Source of the DNA: Candidatus Latescibacterota bacterium
GTDB lineage: Bacteria; Latescibacterota; UBA2968
DNA length: 25,540 bases
Assembly: GCA_038279365.1 (NCBI GenBank)
Contig: JAYODI010000002.1
Location: 1 to 25,540, forward strand
Reading direction: 5' to 3'
Made by a program: the position numbers and the translations under genes. Each line of letters opens with the position of its first letter. Positions within the stretch are counted from its first letter, which is position 1. The notes beneath the pieces were generated by a model. It was not told the origin of the DNA and did not search any database. It was given only the letters and a program-made list of their open reading frames with translations. Below are positions 17,488-25,540 of this stretch, in pieces.

Positions 17488-18963
17488 ATGTCTGCCACGA
17501 CCAATTATTTGGCGTATGATCTGGGTGCATCCAGTGGCCGTGCCGTTGTTGGTAAATTTGATGGCGAGTGCATCACGCTTGAAGAACAACACCGATTCGA
17601 AAACAATGGCATCCCCGTTGGCAACCACTATTATTGGGATATTTTGCGTCTTTTTGAAGAAATGCGCATCGGATTGCGCAAAGCCGTTCAATCTGTTCAA
17701 AAATTAGATGGACTCGGTTTTGACACTTGGGGGGTCGACTATGGCCTTTTAGACAGCCAAGACGAACTCCTAGGCAACCCCCGCTGTTACCGCGACGCAC
17801 GCACCAAAGGCATGTTTGCAGAAACCTTCAAACGCGTTTCTCGCGAAGAAATTTTTGAACAAACAGGCATCCAATTTATGGAGCTGAACACACTCTACCA
17901 ACTGGTGGCCATGCGTTTGCAAAATGCCCCACAACTTGATATGGCCAAAACATTTCTCACCATGCCCGACCTGTTCAACTTTTGGTTTACAGGCCGTAAA
18001 GTATGTGAATTTTCCAATGCAACAACCACCCAATTTTATAATCCAACAAACAAAACTTGGGCCTACGACCTACTTAACGCCCTCAATATTTCCACCGAGA
18101 TGCTCCCAGAAATCGTGCAACCGGGTACCCTCTTGGGGCCCACTCAAAATGCATTGAATCAAGATTTGGGTATCTCCCCAATTGATGTCATTGCCCCAGC
18201 CTGCCATGATACGGGCTCTGCCGTGGCAGCAGTTCCCTTAGGCTCACCCGACGACGTATATATCAGTTGTGGTACCTGGGCATTGATGGGGGCCGAAATT
18301 GCCGAACCCGTTATCAATGCCAAAGCCCTCGCAAATAACTTTACAAACGAGGGTGGTGTGTGCAACACTTTTCGCTTTCTCAAAAACATCACGGGGCTTT
18401 GGCTGGTACAAGAATGTCGGCGCGTCTGGAACTTGGCTGGTAAAAATTACGATTGGACGCACTTAACAGCATTGGCACAAGAAGTAAGACCACACCGATC
18501 ATTAATAGACCCTGACCATGCCGACTTTGGCACACCGGGTGACATGCCCAAACGCATCCAACAAGCCTGTCAAAAAAATGGCACAGCCATACCAGAAACA
18601 GATGGTGCCATCATTCGCGCCGCACTTGATAGCCTTGCACTTAAGTGCCGATATACGCTCCACCAACTCGAAGATGCCTTGGGCAAAACCATGGGCAACA
18701 TTCACATTGTGGGTGGCGGCATTCAAAACACCTTATTGTGCCAACTAATAGCCAATGCCACCAAGCGCACCGTTTTAGCTGGCCCCATTGAAGCAACAGC
18801 TATGGGCAATATTCTTGTTCAAGCAATGGCCAAAGGCCACATTGCTTCTCATACAGAACTGCGCGCGATTGTAAGAAATTCAACAACCATCAAAACCTAT
18901 GAACCAACCGATACAGATGCATGGGATGAGGCTTATCATACATTTGAAAAACTGATTGGATAA
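17488..18963 (+). CDS. rhaB: Rhamnulokinase-family FGGY carbohydrate kinase
   Basis: LAYDLGASSGR, DTWGVDYGLL, P..YRD.RT, TGIQFM..NTLYQL, HDTGSAV, SCGTW.L.G, FTNEGG, FLKNI.GLWL and GP.EATA.GN. Confidence 0.8.
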   Translation: MSATTNYLAYDLGASSGRAVVGKFDGECITLEEQHRFENNGIPVGNHYYWDILRLFEEMRIGLRKAVQSVQKLDGLGFDTWGVDYGLLDSQDELLGNPRCYRDARTKGMFAETFKRVSREEIFEQTGIQFMELNTLYQLVAMRLQNAPQLDMAKTFLTMPDLFNFWFTGRKVCEFSNATTTQFYNPTNKTWAYDLLNALNISTEMLPEIVQPGTLLGPTQNALNQDLGISPIDVIAPACHDTGSAVAAVPLGSPDDVYISCGTWALMGAEIAEPVINAKALANNFTNEGGVCNTFRFLKNITGLWLVQECRRVWNLAGKNYDWTHLTALAQEVRPHRSLIDPDHADFGTPGDMPKRIQQACQKNGTAIPETDGAIIRAALDSLALKCRYTLHQLEDALGKTMGNIHIVGGGIQNTLLCQLIANATKRTVLAGPIEATAMGNILVQAMAKGHIASHTELRAIVRNSTTIKTYEPTDTDAWDEAYHTFEKLIG

Positions 18964-18987
18964 CTTTTTTATCACGGCAAGATCATG

Positions 18988-19236
18988 TCACGCCTTTTTA
19001 TTTTCCGCTATTTTAACACGAATAACGTTACCACCCACTTTTTTATGATTCAAATTTTTGATGGCAACCTTGGCTTCTCCAGATTTCGGCATTTCTACAA
19101 AGGCAAATCCTTTAGAGCCACCCGTCATTTTATCTAACACCAAATTACAATATTGTACGGTGCCATATTCTTTAAAGAGCACCTTTAATTCTTCTTCAGT
19201 TGTACTGCGATCAATATTACGAATTAATAGTTTCAT
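18988..19236 (-). CDS. RNA-binding protein (single RRM domain)
   Basis: RNP2-like LLIRNI and RNP1 KGFAFVEM. Confidence 0.9.
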   Translation of the reverse strand: MKLLIRNIDRSTTEEELKVLFKEYGTVQYCNLVLDKMTGGSKGFAFVEMPKSGEAKVAIKNLNHKKVGGNVIRVKIAENKKA

Positions 19237-19332
19237 GTGTAATTATGCCATTGGGTTGAGAGTAAATAGAAACATTCCACTTTAATTTTTTTTGAATATA
19301 GGACACGTGCGCTTCTATGTGACCTTAAAAAC

Positions 19333-20547
19333 CTACGGCCTCACAATCGTTCCATCTGCCCGACGGTCTTCCGCAATAAAGAATGATTGTGCTGATTTTT
19401 CGGGGTCCATCAACTTCTCAGCCAATACCTCATCAATATCAATCCCCAACCCCGGTGCGTCATTTGGATAAAGGTGACCGCCCTCCAGCACTGCATGCCC
19501 AGGAAAAACATCATACTCTTCTTGCCGAAAATGATTTTCTTCCTGAATGCCAAAGTTCCAACACACCATATCCAAATGCACTGCGGCCATCTGATTGACG
19601 GGGTCATTATCGCCCCCTTCTTGCCACGCCGTATGAATCCCAAACCATTCACACAAGTTTGCAATCTTTCTGCAATTTGTAATACCGCCGCCCTTGGAAA
19701 CACGCACCCGCACATAATCAATCAAACGCTCTGTAATAAGTGGCGTCCACTCATGTGGGTTAATAAACAACTCTCCCATCGCTTGTGGTGTTGTACATTG
19801 TTGTCGCACTTGCCGATACCAATGCACTTGTTCGGGAGATAACAAATCTTCCAAAAAGAAAAGCCGATAAGGCTCTAACAGTTTGGCTAAGTTTACCGCA
19901 TTGTGAGGCCGCAAATGCTCATGTACATCGTGCGTCAATTTGGGGCCAAAACCCAACTTATCACGCAAATAGGCAAACATTGCAGGCACATTTTCCAAAT
20001 AGGCTTCATCGTCAAAAGAACGCCTTTGAAGCGGAGCATTTTTAGGTCGTGAGGTTTGATCTGGACGCAGAAATCCACCCCCACCATAAGGCCCCAACTG
20101 ACACCGAACGACAGGATATCCCTCTTCCAAATATCGCCGAATATCATCTTCAAGCGCGGGTAAATCATCACCCGAGGCATGGGCATAACACGGCACAGCA
20201 CTGCGACATGCCCCCCCCAACAATTGGTAAACAGGCAACCCTGCTTCTTTGCCTTTAATATCCCACAGAGCCATATCAATGCCAGCTTGAACGGTATTAA
20301 CTATGGAATCATTTCGCCAGTATCCACACGTATAAATCGACTGCCAGATGTCTTCAATTTGGCTTACATCTCGGCCAACAAGTAAGGGTTTGATGGTTTC
20401 TATAGCCGTGATCATTGTCTTTGCGCGAAAGTGATCACTGGCAGAACCAATTCCATACAACCCAGGTTGATCGGTCAACACCTTCACAAAAACCCAAGTG
20501 CCGTTGCTTCGTGTGCGAATCGTTTGAATATCCGTAATCTTAGGCAT
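19333..20547 (-). CDS. ManD/RspA-subgroup acid-sugar dehydratase (enolase superfamily)
   Basis: VKV.TDQPGLYG.G, YWRN, DMALWDIKGK.AG.PVYQLLGG, RCQLG.YG, HDVHE, FFLED, MGEL, NFGIQE and R.DGT..RP. Start at 20547 fits the AAGGA RBS spacing. Confidence 0.85.
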   Translation of the reverse strand: MPKITDIQTIRTRSNGTWVFVKVLTDQPGLYGIGSASDHFRAKTMITAIETIKPLLVGRDVSQIEDIWQSIYTCGYWRNDSIVNTVQAGIDMALWDIKGKEAGLPVYQLLGGACRSAVPCYAHASGDDLPALEDDIRRYLEEGYPVVRCQLGPYGGGGFLRPDQTSRPKNAPLQRRSFDDEAYLENVPAMFAYLRDKLGFGPKLTHDVHEHLRPHNAVNLAKLLEPYRLFFLEDLLSPEQVHWYRQVRQQCTTPQAMGELFINPHEWTPLITERLIDYVRVRVSKGGGITNCRKIANLCEWFGIHTAWQEGGDNDPVNQMAAVHLDMVCWNFGIQEENHFRQEEYDVFPGHAVLEGGHLYPNDAPGLGIDIDEVLAEKLMDPEKSAQSFFIAEDRRADGTIVRP

Positions 20548-20596
20548 TGCCATTCCTTTTAAAAGGTCTTGTGTTCAAACACAAAATAAAAAAACA

Positions 20597-22000
20597 TCAA
20601 GCCAATTGAACATTCATACCACTCGTAACTTGCGAGGCCATCATCCGTTCCAAAATGCGCAATCGCAAAGCCCGTTCAACATCGGCCACTTTGGGGAGCC
20701 CTGCCAGATTATTGACCTCTTGCGGGTCATCTGTCACATCGAACAACAGATATACCTGCCCATCACGGTTTAAGGCACATTTCCACTCTCTGTTGAGCAA
20801 CATAACTTCGCCACCATACTCCGATATGGCCTCTGTTCGATGTTCTGTTTCAACATGGTCAAGCGTTGGACACAACGATTTGCCAAATTGTTGATATGTG
20901 AGTTCACCACCTCCCAGCGCCACAAGTGTTGGCCCCACATCCATCCATTCAACGGGGCTGTCACAAACACGACCGGTCACAGGGGCCTGAAGCATTTGGG
21001 GTGTTCTTACCAACAAAGGAACACGCACTGCTCCATTTAAAAAATTCTCTTTATAGATCAACCCATAATCACCATTCATCTCACCATGATCAGAAACCAA
21101 AACGATGACCGTATTGTCCAACTCTCCCCGCGCTTCAATGACCGATAAAATATCGCCAATTTGATCATCAATGAGTGTCACATTCCCTGCATAATTGGCA
21201 CGCATCTTTTTCTCTTCATTTGGTTCAAACACTATTTTTTGCTTGCCCAATCGATCATCCAATATCCCCAAAGGTCTTTCATGGCCATTCTTTGGTGCCA
21301 CAACCGGATTGGGCATATCTTCAAAGCGATATCGACTCGCATATGGCTCGGGTGTATCCCACGGTTCATGTGGGCCACCAAAACTCACCCAACAAAACCA
21401 CGGTTGCGCACGATCATAATTTTGCAAATATGCCTTGGCTTGTTGCCCCACATACACATCGGCATATTCTTCTAACCCCAACGTAGAAGGTCGCACCACA
21501 TAGGGCTTGTTTGCAAATCGTTCATCAAAATCTTCCTGATAAGCTGCCCACTTGCCGTTCTTTTGCCACATTTCCGTCATATGCGACAAACATCGCGCAC
21601 TGGCCCGTGGCCCGCCAATTTCATTTACATCATCCAAACCATAGGCATGCATTAAATGCTCGCGGTCTCTCAAATCGCCACCGTGGGGGTGTAAATGCGT
21701 TTTGCCAAACAAGCTGGTGCGATACCCCGCTTCTCTAAGGGATTGCATCCAAGTTTTGGCCTGAGGCGATAACGTATGTCCCATATTTTGCCACACACCC
21801 GTGTTGTGCGGATATAACCCCGTTGCCAAACTCAGTCGCGCAGGAATGCAAACAGGTGAATTGGTCACACAATTTGAAAAACGCACCCCTTCATTGGCGA
21901 TGCGATCCATATTCGGCGTATCTACCCATCCGCCACTACATCCCATGGCATCCCACCGTTGTTGATCCGTCATAATCAATAACAGATTTGGCTTGGGCAT
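20597..22000 (-). CDS. Cys-type formylglycine-dependent sulfatase (S1, choline-sulfatase-like), no signal peptide
   Basis: PNLL.IMTDQQR, TPN.D, CIPAR.SL.TG (CxPxR), GKTHL, PHEP and SDHGE..GD. Confidence 0.93.
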   Translation of the reverse strand: MPKPNLLLIMTDQQRWDAMGCSGGWVDTPNMDRIANEGVRFSNCVTNSPVCIPARLSLATGLYPHNTGVWQNMGHTLSPQAKTWMQSLREAGYRTSLFGKTHLHPHGGDLRDREHLMHAYGLDDVNEIGGPRASARCLSHMTEMWQKNGKWAAYQEDFDERFANKPYVVRPSTLGLEEYADVYVGQQAKAYLQNYDRAQPWFCWVSFGGPHEPWDTPEPYASRYRFEDMPNPVVAPKNGHERPLGILDDRLGKQKIVFEPNEEKKMRANYAGNVTLIDDQIGDILSVIEARGELDNTVIVLVSDHGEMNGDYGLIYKENFLNGAVRVPLLVRTPQMLQAPVTGRVCDSPVEWMDVGPTLVALGGGELTYQQFGKSLCPTLDHVETEHRTEAISEYGGEVMLLNREWKCALNRDGQVYLLFDVTDDPQEVNNLAGLPKVADVERALRLRILERMMASQVTSGMNVQLA

Positions 22001-22053
22001 TTGCCCCCCTTTTTCTTATGTTGAGCCGATGACAAAATTTGCTTATCCTTGGA

Positions 22054-22221
22054 TCATTCAGATGTCTTTTTTGCGTTTTGCTCTTGAAGCAATAAAATAA
22101 TGCGATCCAACCGTTTTTGAAATCCATACATAAAAGCAAAAACCATAGACCACAAACCCACAATAAAAACAGCACCCGTCGTAACCAAAACCAATAAATC
22201 GAAACGTGTTAACTCTGGCAT
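22054..22221 (-). CDS. Small single-pass membrane protein (55 aa), not in the ORF track
   Basis: MPELTRFDLLVLVTTGAVFIVGLWSMVFAFMYGFQKRLDRIILLLQEQNAKKTSE*. GGAGGTG RBS just upstream of the ATG. Confidence 0.7.
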   Translation of the reverse strand: MPELTRFDLLVLVTTGAVFIVGLWSMVFAFMYGFQKRLDRIILLLQEQNAKKTSE

Positions 22222-22332
22222 GCCCCACCTCCACTGTCAAATGAACATCCATTGGGGAACTCATTTCCCCATATTGTCGTTTAAAACAAGTAGTTTCTTT
22301 TTACAGCCCTCGCCATTGACCAAGGACACCGA

Positions 22333-23115
22333 ATGAAATTTCGTTTCTTGTTTTTATGCTTGCTCGCACTCACCAGTTCTTGTAGCAACGATGCAACAGG
22401 CCCAACAAACGATGTGGACGCACGGTTTCTAAGTGCCGACCCCATTGAATTTTCAACCTCAGATGGTTTTTTAATTCGAGGCACATTCTTCCATGACAAA
22501 TCGGAAACCACTGCCAAACCCGTCATTATCCTTCTACACGCATTCAATCGTTCCCACTTAGACTGGTTTACATTTGCCCCAGAATTGGTCGACAACAAAG
22601 ACTTTGTGGTCTTGGCCATAGATTTGCGCGGCCATGGGGAAAGCATCTTTCAAAATGGGGTTGCATTCCCCATTCAAACCTTCTCATCTGCCGATCTCAA
22701 CAGCATGCCCTTAGACATTGAAGCCGCAGTAGCCTACCTTAAAACACGCCCAGAAGCAGATGCCACACGCATTGGCATTGTGGGGGCCGATATTGGGGCC
22801 AATCTGGCTTATATTGGCACGGGTATCTTAACCGAAATCAAAGCTGCCGTTTCTATATCACCCCAATTTCGTGAAAACCTTACCCAAGGTATTTTAACGG
22901 GTGACAACCTTCCCAATTTCCAACCCCACAACATTTTATATATCGCATCTTTTGGAGATGGATACGCCTACACCTCATCGCAAACCATGTCTGAACGCAC
23001 CCAAGGCAACACACGTGTTTTAGGTTTGCAAGGCCTTGCACATGGAATGGATATTTTGACATCAAATGAAACATGGACAGAAGTGATGAACTGGCTCAGC
23101 TCGAACTTACAATAA
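22333..23115 (+). CDS. Alpha/beta hydrolase-fold lipoprotein
   Basis: Lipoprotein-like signal (MKFRF...LALTSSC), IILLH, AIDLRGHGES, nucleophile elbow GADIG and C-terminal AHG. Confidence 0.85.
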   Translation: MKFRFLFLCLLALTSSCSNDATGPTNDVDARFLSADPIEFSTSDGFLIRGTFFHDKSETTAKPVIILLHAFNRSHLDWFTFAPELVDNKDFVVLAIDLRGHGESIFQNGVAFPIQTFSSADLNSMPLDIEAAVAYLKTRPEADATRIGIVGADIGANLAYIGTGILTEIKAAVSISPQFRENLTQGILTGDNLPNFQPHNILYIASFGDGYAYTSSQTMSERTQGNTRVLGLQGLAHGMDILTSNETWTEVMNWLSSNLQ

Positions 23116-23116
23116 A

Positions 23117-24166
23117 TTATACCCTAACCACCCGTCCCGATTGAACAGACGCCACCTCTTTAAAACACAAACGCAAGGCATCTGCACCATTCCCACCCGA
23201 TAATGCGGTATTCACCTGACCAGATTGAACCGAATGGACAGCCGCTTGAATTTCACGTGTAAAAGCCACAACAGGATCACCAGCCCCTAACTTTGGATTT
23301 TTTGCTTTGCCATCATTTGTCAACACCGTTAAAGGCATGGTAAGTGCCGGTTTTCCTGCCAAAGTAGAAAATTCAAAAACCACCGTGGCATCATCCAAAT
23401 AAACCTCAAACCCATGTGTGAAAGCACGTCCTTTTTGAGAAATGGCCCCAGACGCACATGTAATACACATATCTGGTTTATCTGCATAGTAATAGCTCGT
23501 GGATAAATATTCGGCATACTGTTCATCCACCAATCGCCCATCGGAACGCACGCGATCGGGTTTACCAAACAGCGTCAAAATAAAATGCGTATCATGAATA
23601 TGCAAATCGACCCCCGGCCCACCGCTTTTGGCCATATTTGTCAGGCTTGTTGACCAATTTGGAGAAGATATGATGCGTTTAAAATGCGCCGCTTTTACTT
23701 GGCCAAATTGTCCAGAATCGACCACTTCTTTGACATAGGCAAATTCGGGGAAAAAAGGCAACACATGAGCCACCATAAGCATTTTGCCCGTTTCTTCAGA
23801 TACGCGCACCATACGATCTGCGTCTTTGAGTTTTAAAGCTATCGGCTTTTCCACCAAAACATGTTTGCCCGCCTGCATTGCTTGAATGGCCACATCGCAA
23901 TGTTGGTCTGTAGGCAGACAGATATCCACAAGATCAATTTGGGAATCCGCAAGCAATGCATCCACCGTTTCATATTTGCCAATCGTAGAAAGATCTTCAA
24001 TACCACCCGGTTCACCAAAATTTCCCCGAATACTGCGCCAATCGCCTTGCAATTTCTTTTTATTTCGCGTACAAATAGCACCCACTTTTGCACCGCGTAC
24101 TTTTTGAATTCCTCGGTAATGCGTCATGCCCATAAACCCCAAACCAACAATACCAATCGAAACCAT
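23117..24166 (-). CDS. Gfo/Idh/MocA family oxidoreductase
   Basis: IGIVGLGFMG, DICLPT..H, AGKHVLVEKP and SGG...DLHIHD. AGGAGG RBS. Confidence 0.92.
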   Translation of the reverse strand: MVSIGIVGLGFMGMTHYRGIQKVRGAKVGAICTRNKKKLQGDWRSIRGNFGEPGGIEDLSTIGKYETVDALLADSQIDLVDICLPTDQHCDVAIQAMQAGKHVLVEKPIALKLKDADRMVRVSEETGKMLMVAHVLPFFPEFAYVKEVVDSGQFGQVKAAHFKRIISSPNWSTSLTNMAKSGGPGVDLHIHDTHFILTLFGKPDRVRSDGRLVDEQYAEYLSTSYYYADKPDMCITCASGAISQKGRAFTHGFEVYLDDATVVFEFSTLAGKPALTMPLTVLTNDGKAKNPKLGAGDPVVAFTREIQAAVHSVQSGQVNTALSGGNGADALRLCFKEVASVQSGRVVRV

Positions 24167-24203
24167 CGCTTCCTCCTGTCAAGTTCTTGTTTTTGGCGTT
24201 TGC

Positions 24204-24232
24204 AATATAGGACGGAGAACAAAACACAGCAA
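24204..24232 (-). promoter_or_regulatory. Probable sigma-70 promoter of the Gfo/Idh/MocA gene
   Basis: - strand TTGCTG-N17-TATATT. Confidence 0.55.
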
Positions 24233-24436
24233 GCACATCTCCCAAGGTATCATGTCTACATGACCCATTGAAGTTTACCATGTGTATTTCAAGGCACGAA
24301 AATCAAGAATTACATTTCTTAAAAATAAGAAAAACATATACTTGCCCAACAATACCCTTGTTTAGGTACACAATTTGCCTATTTTACCCGTGATTCGCAT
24401 TTTAGCAGAAACCCTGACTCATTCATGAGGTTTCAA

Positions 24437-24940
24437 ATGAAGAAATTCTTACTGCTTTTAATCTGTATATCGCTCACCTGGAATAAAGCAAATGCCACAG
24501 ATGCACCAGACTTCAACTTGGCAACCCCCAACGGCGAGCGTGTGGAATTGTCCAAATTGCTCAAACAAGGGCCTGTTTTGCTCGACTTTTGGGCCACTTG
24601 GTGCAAACCCTGTATCAAAGGTATGCCCAAGTTGGATGCCATTCACCAAAAATACAAAGATCAAGGTTTGACAGTTATTGGGGTAAACGAAGACGGTCCC
24701 CGCGGCCAAACCCGCATTCGCCCTTTTCTCAATGGACGCAACATCACATTCCAAATTGCCATAGACAGTGATGGCAGCGTCATGAAACGCATGCAAGTGC
24801 GTGCACTTCCCACCACCATACTCATTGCATCCGATGGTGAAATCGTACTTCGCCAAGCTGGTTTGTCCGACGAAGCCCCCCTCATAAAGGCCATTGAAAT
24901 GCTATTGCCCAAAAAGGAGACAAACAATGAGAGTGAGTAG
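24437..24940 (+). CDS. TlpA-family thiol:disulfide oxidoreductase with signal peptide
   Basis: MKKFLLL...ANA signal, APDF.L, LDFWATWCKPC and cis-Pro loop ALPTT. GAGG RBS before the ATG at 24437. Confidence 0.92.
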   Translation: MKKFLLLLICISLTWNKANATDAPDFNLATPNGERVELSKLLKQGPVLLDFWATWCKPCIKGMPKLDAIHQKYKDQGLTVIGVNEDGPRGQTRIRPFLNGRNITFQIAIDSDGSVMKRMQVRALPTTILIASDGEIVLRQAGLSDEAPLIKAIEMLLPKKETNNESE

Positions 24941-25540
24941 CCTTTTGCTTCTTTTGGGGCTTTGCATTCCCCTTCCCGCCTCCGCACAGATTACCGTCAA
25001 TACCCTTACAGAAATGCAACGTGGTAAAGTGCCAGGCTCTGACTCTACTGCCATTTCAACTGCTTACAATCAGATCAATGTCGATTTTTCACAAAAGGGA
25101 TTACAAGCAGGGTTGCGGGCAGAAGCTTACAATGCTTGGGGCACAAACCGAGAAGTTTACGAGATTACGCAAAAATATGCACGTTGGAACCACAAAGGCT
25201 TTCGTTTAGAAGTGGGCAACTATTATGCTATTTTGGGCAGAGGCATCACCTTACGCGCCTATGAATTGCCCGGTGTGGTTTTAGAAAGTCAGTTGTATCG
25301 TTTGCGGTATTCTCCCACACAGGATATGGAAGGGGCTTATGCCTCTTGGACAGGACGCTTTGTGGAAGCCAAAGCCCTGATCGGCAAACCCACCATTGGC
25401 GATATCCCCCCCGGAGCTACCAGTGGCAATCCACCAAAAGACATCGCCCGCAAACAAGATTGGGTATCGGGTGGGGAATTATCCATTCGCCCCCTGCCAG
25501 CCATTCGTGTGGGCGGAACGGGCTTACACATCAACCCAGA
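24927..25540 (+). CDS. DUF6029-like exported, probably outer-membrane beta-barrel protein (runs off the window end)
   Basis: AGGAG RBS. Hand translation MRVSSLLLLLGLCIPLPASA-QITVNTLTEMQRG... stays open to the end. Contains LEVGNYYAILGRGITLRAYE, matching the GN.Y...G.G..LR.YE motif I recall for DUF6029. Confidence 0.7.
   Translation, partial: MRVSSLLLLLGLCIPLPASAQITVNTLTEMQRGKVPGSDSTAISTAYNQINVDFSQKGLQAGLRAEAYNAWGTNREVYEITQKYARWNHKGFRLEVGNYYAILGRGITLRAYELPGVVLESQLYRLRYSPTQDMEGAYASWTGRFVEAKALIGKPTIGDIPPGATSGNPPKDIARKQDWVSGGELSIRPLPAIRVGGTGLHINP

Noticed and set aside
22058..22264. 68-aa Cys-rich ORF in the track
   Set aside because: An alternative frame (22054-22221) has a strong RBS and a coherent TM protein.
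1..25540. CRISPR arrays, tRNA/rRNA, IS elements, prophage or defence genes
   Set aside because: No spaced direct repeats, RNA gene signatures, or transposase, integrase or nuclease motifs were seen by eye. A covariance-model search would be needed to exclude small ncRNAs.

Overview
Ordinary bacterial chromosomal window of moderate GC (roughly mid-40s % by eye). I saw no rRNA, tRNA, CRISPR array, transposase or integrase. About 29 CDS. Dispersed sugar-acid and sulfate-ester catabolism genes: DgoD-like and ManD/RspA-like dehydratases, D-2-hydroxyacid dehydrogenase, rhamnulokinase-like FGGY kinase, Gfo/Idh/MocA oxidoreductase, Cys-type sulfatase, anaerobic sulfatase maturase (anSME) and an SLC13/DASS transporter. 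Also RlmD, a GT4 glycosyltransferase, an RRM protein, two receiver proteins, TlpA and a partial DUF6029-like outer-membrane gene. The best candidate for an undescribed system is the four-gene operon at 7667-12677: DUF6599-like membrane protein, Tat-signal DUF362 protein, NapH/NapG-like fused polyferredoxin and Tat-signal Fe-S aldo/keto reductase. It looks like an extracytoplasmic redox module wired to the membrane and is transcribed divergently from the anSME operon. Three CDS missing from the ORF track were read by hand: a 51-aa ORF behind a near-consensus sigma-28 promoter (15573-15728), a 55-aa single-TM protein (22054-22221) and the truncated outer-membrane gene (24927 onward). Gene content suggests an FCB-group heterotroph such as Latescibacterota, but that is a guess. 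All family calls come from motif recognition, not database searches.
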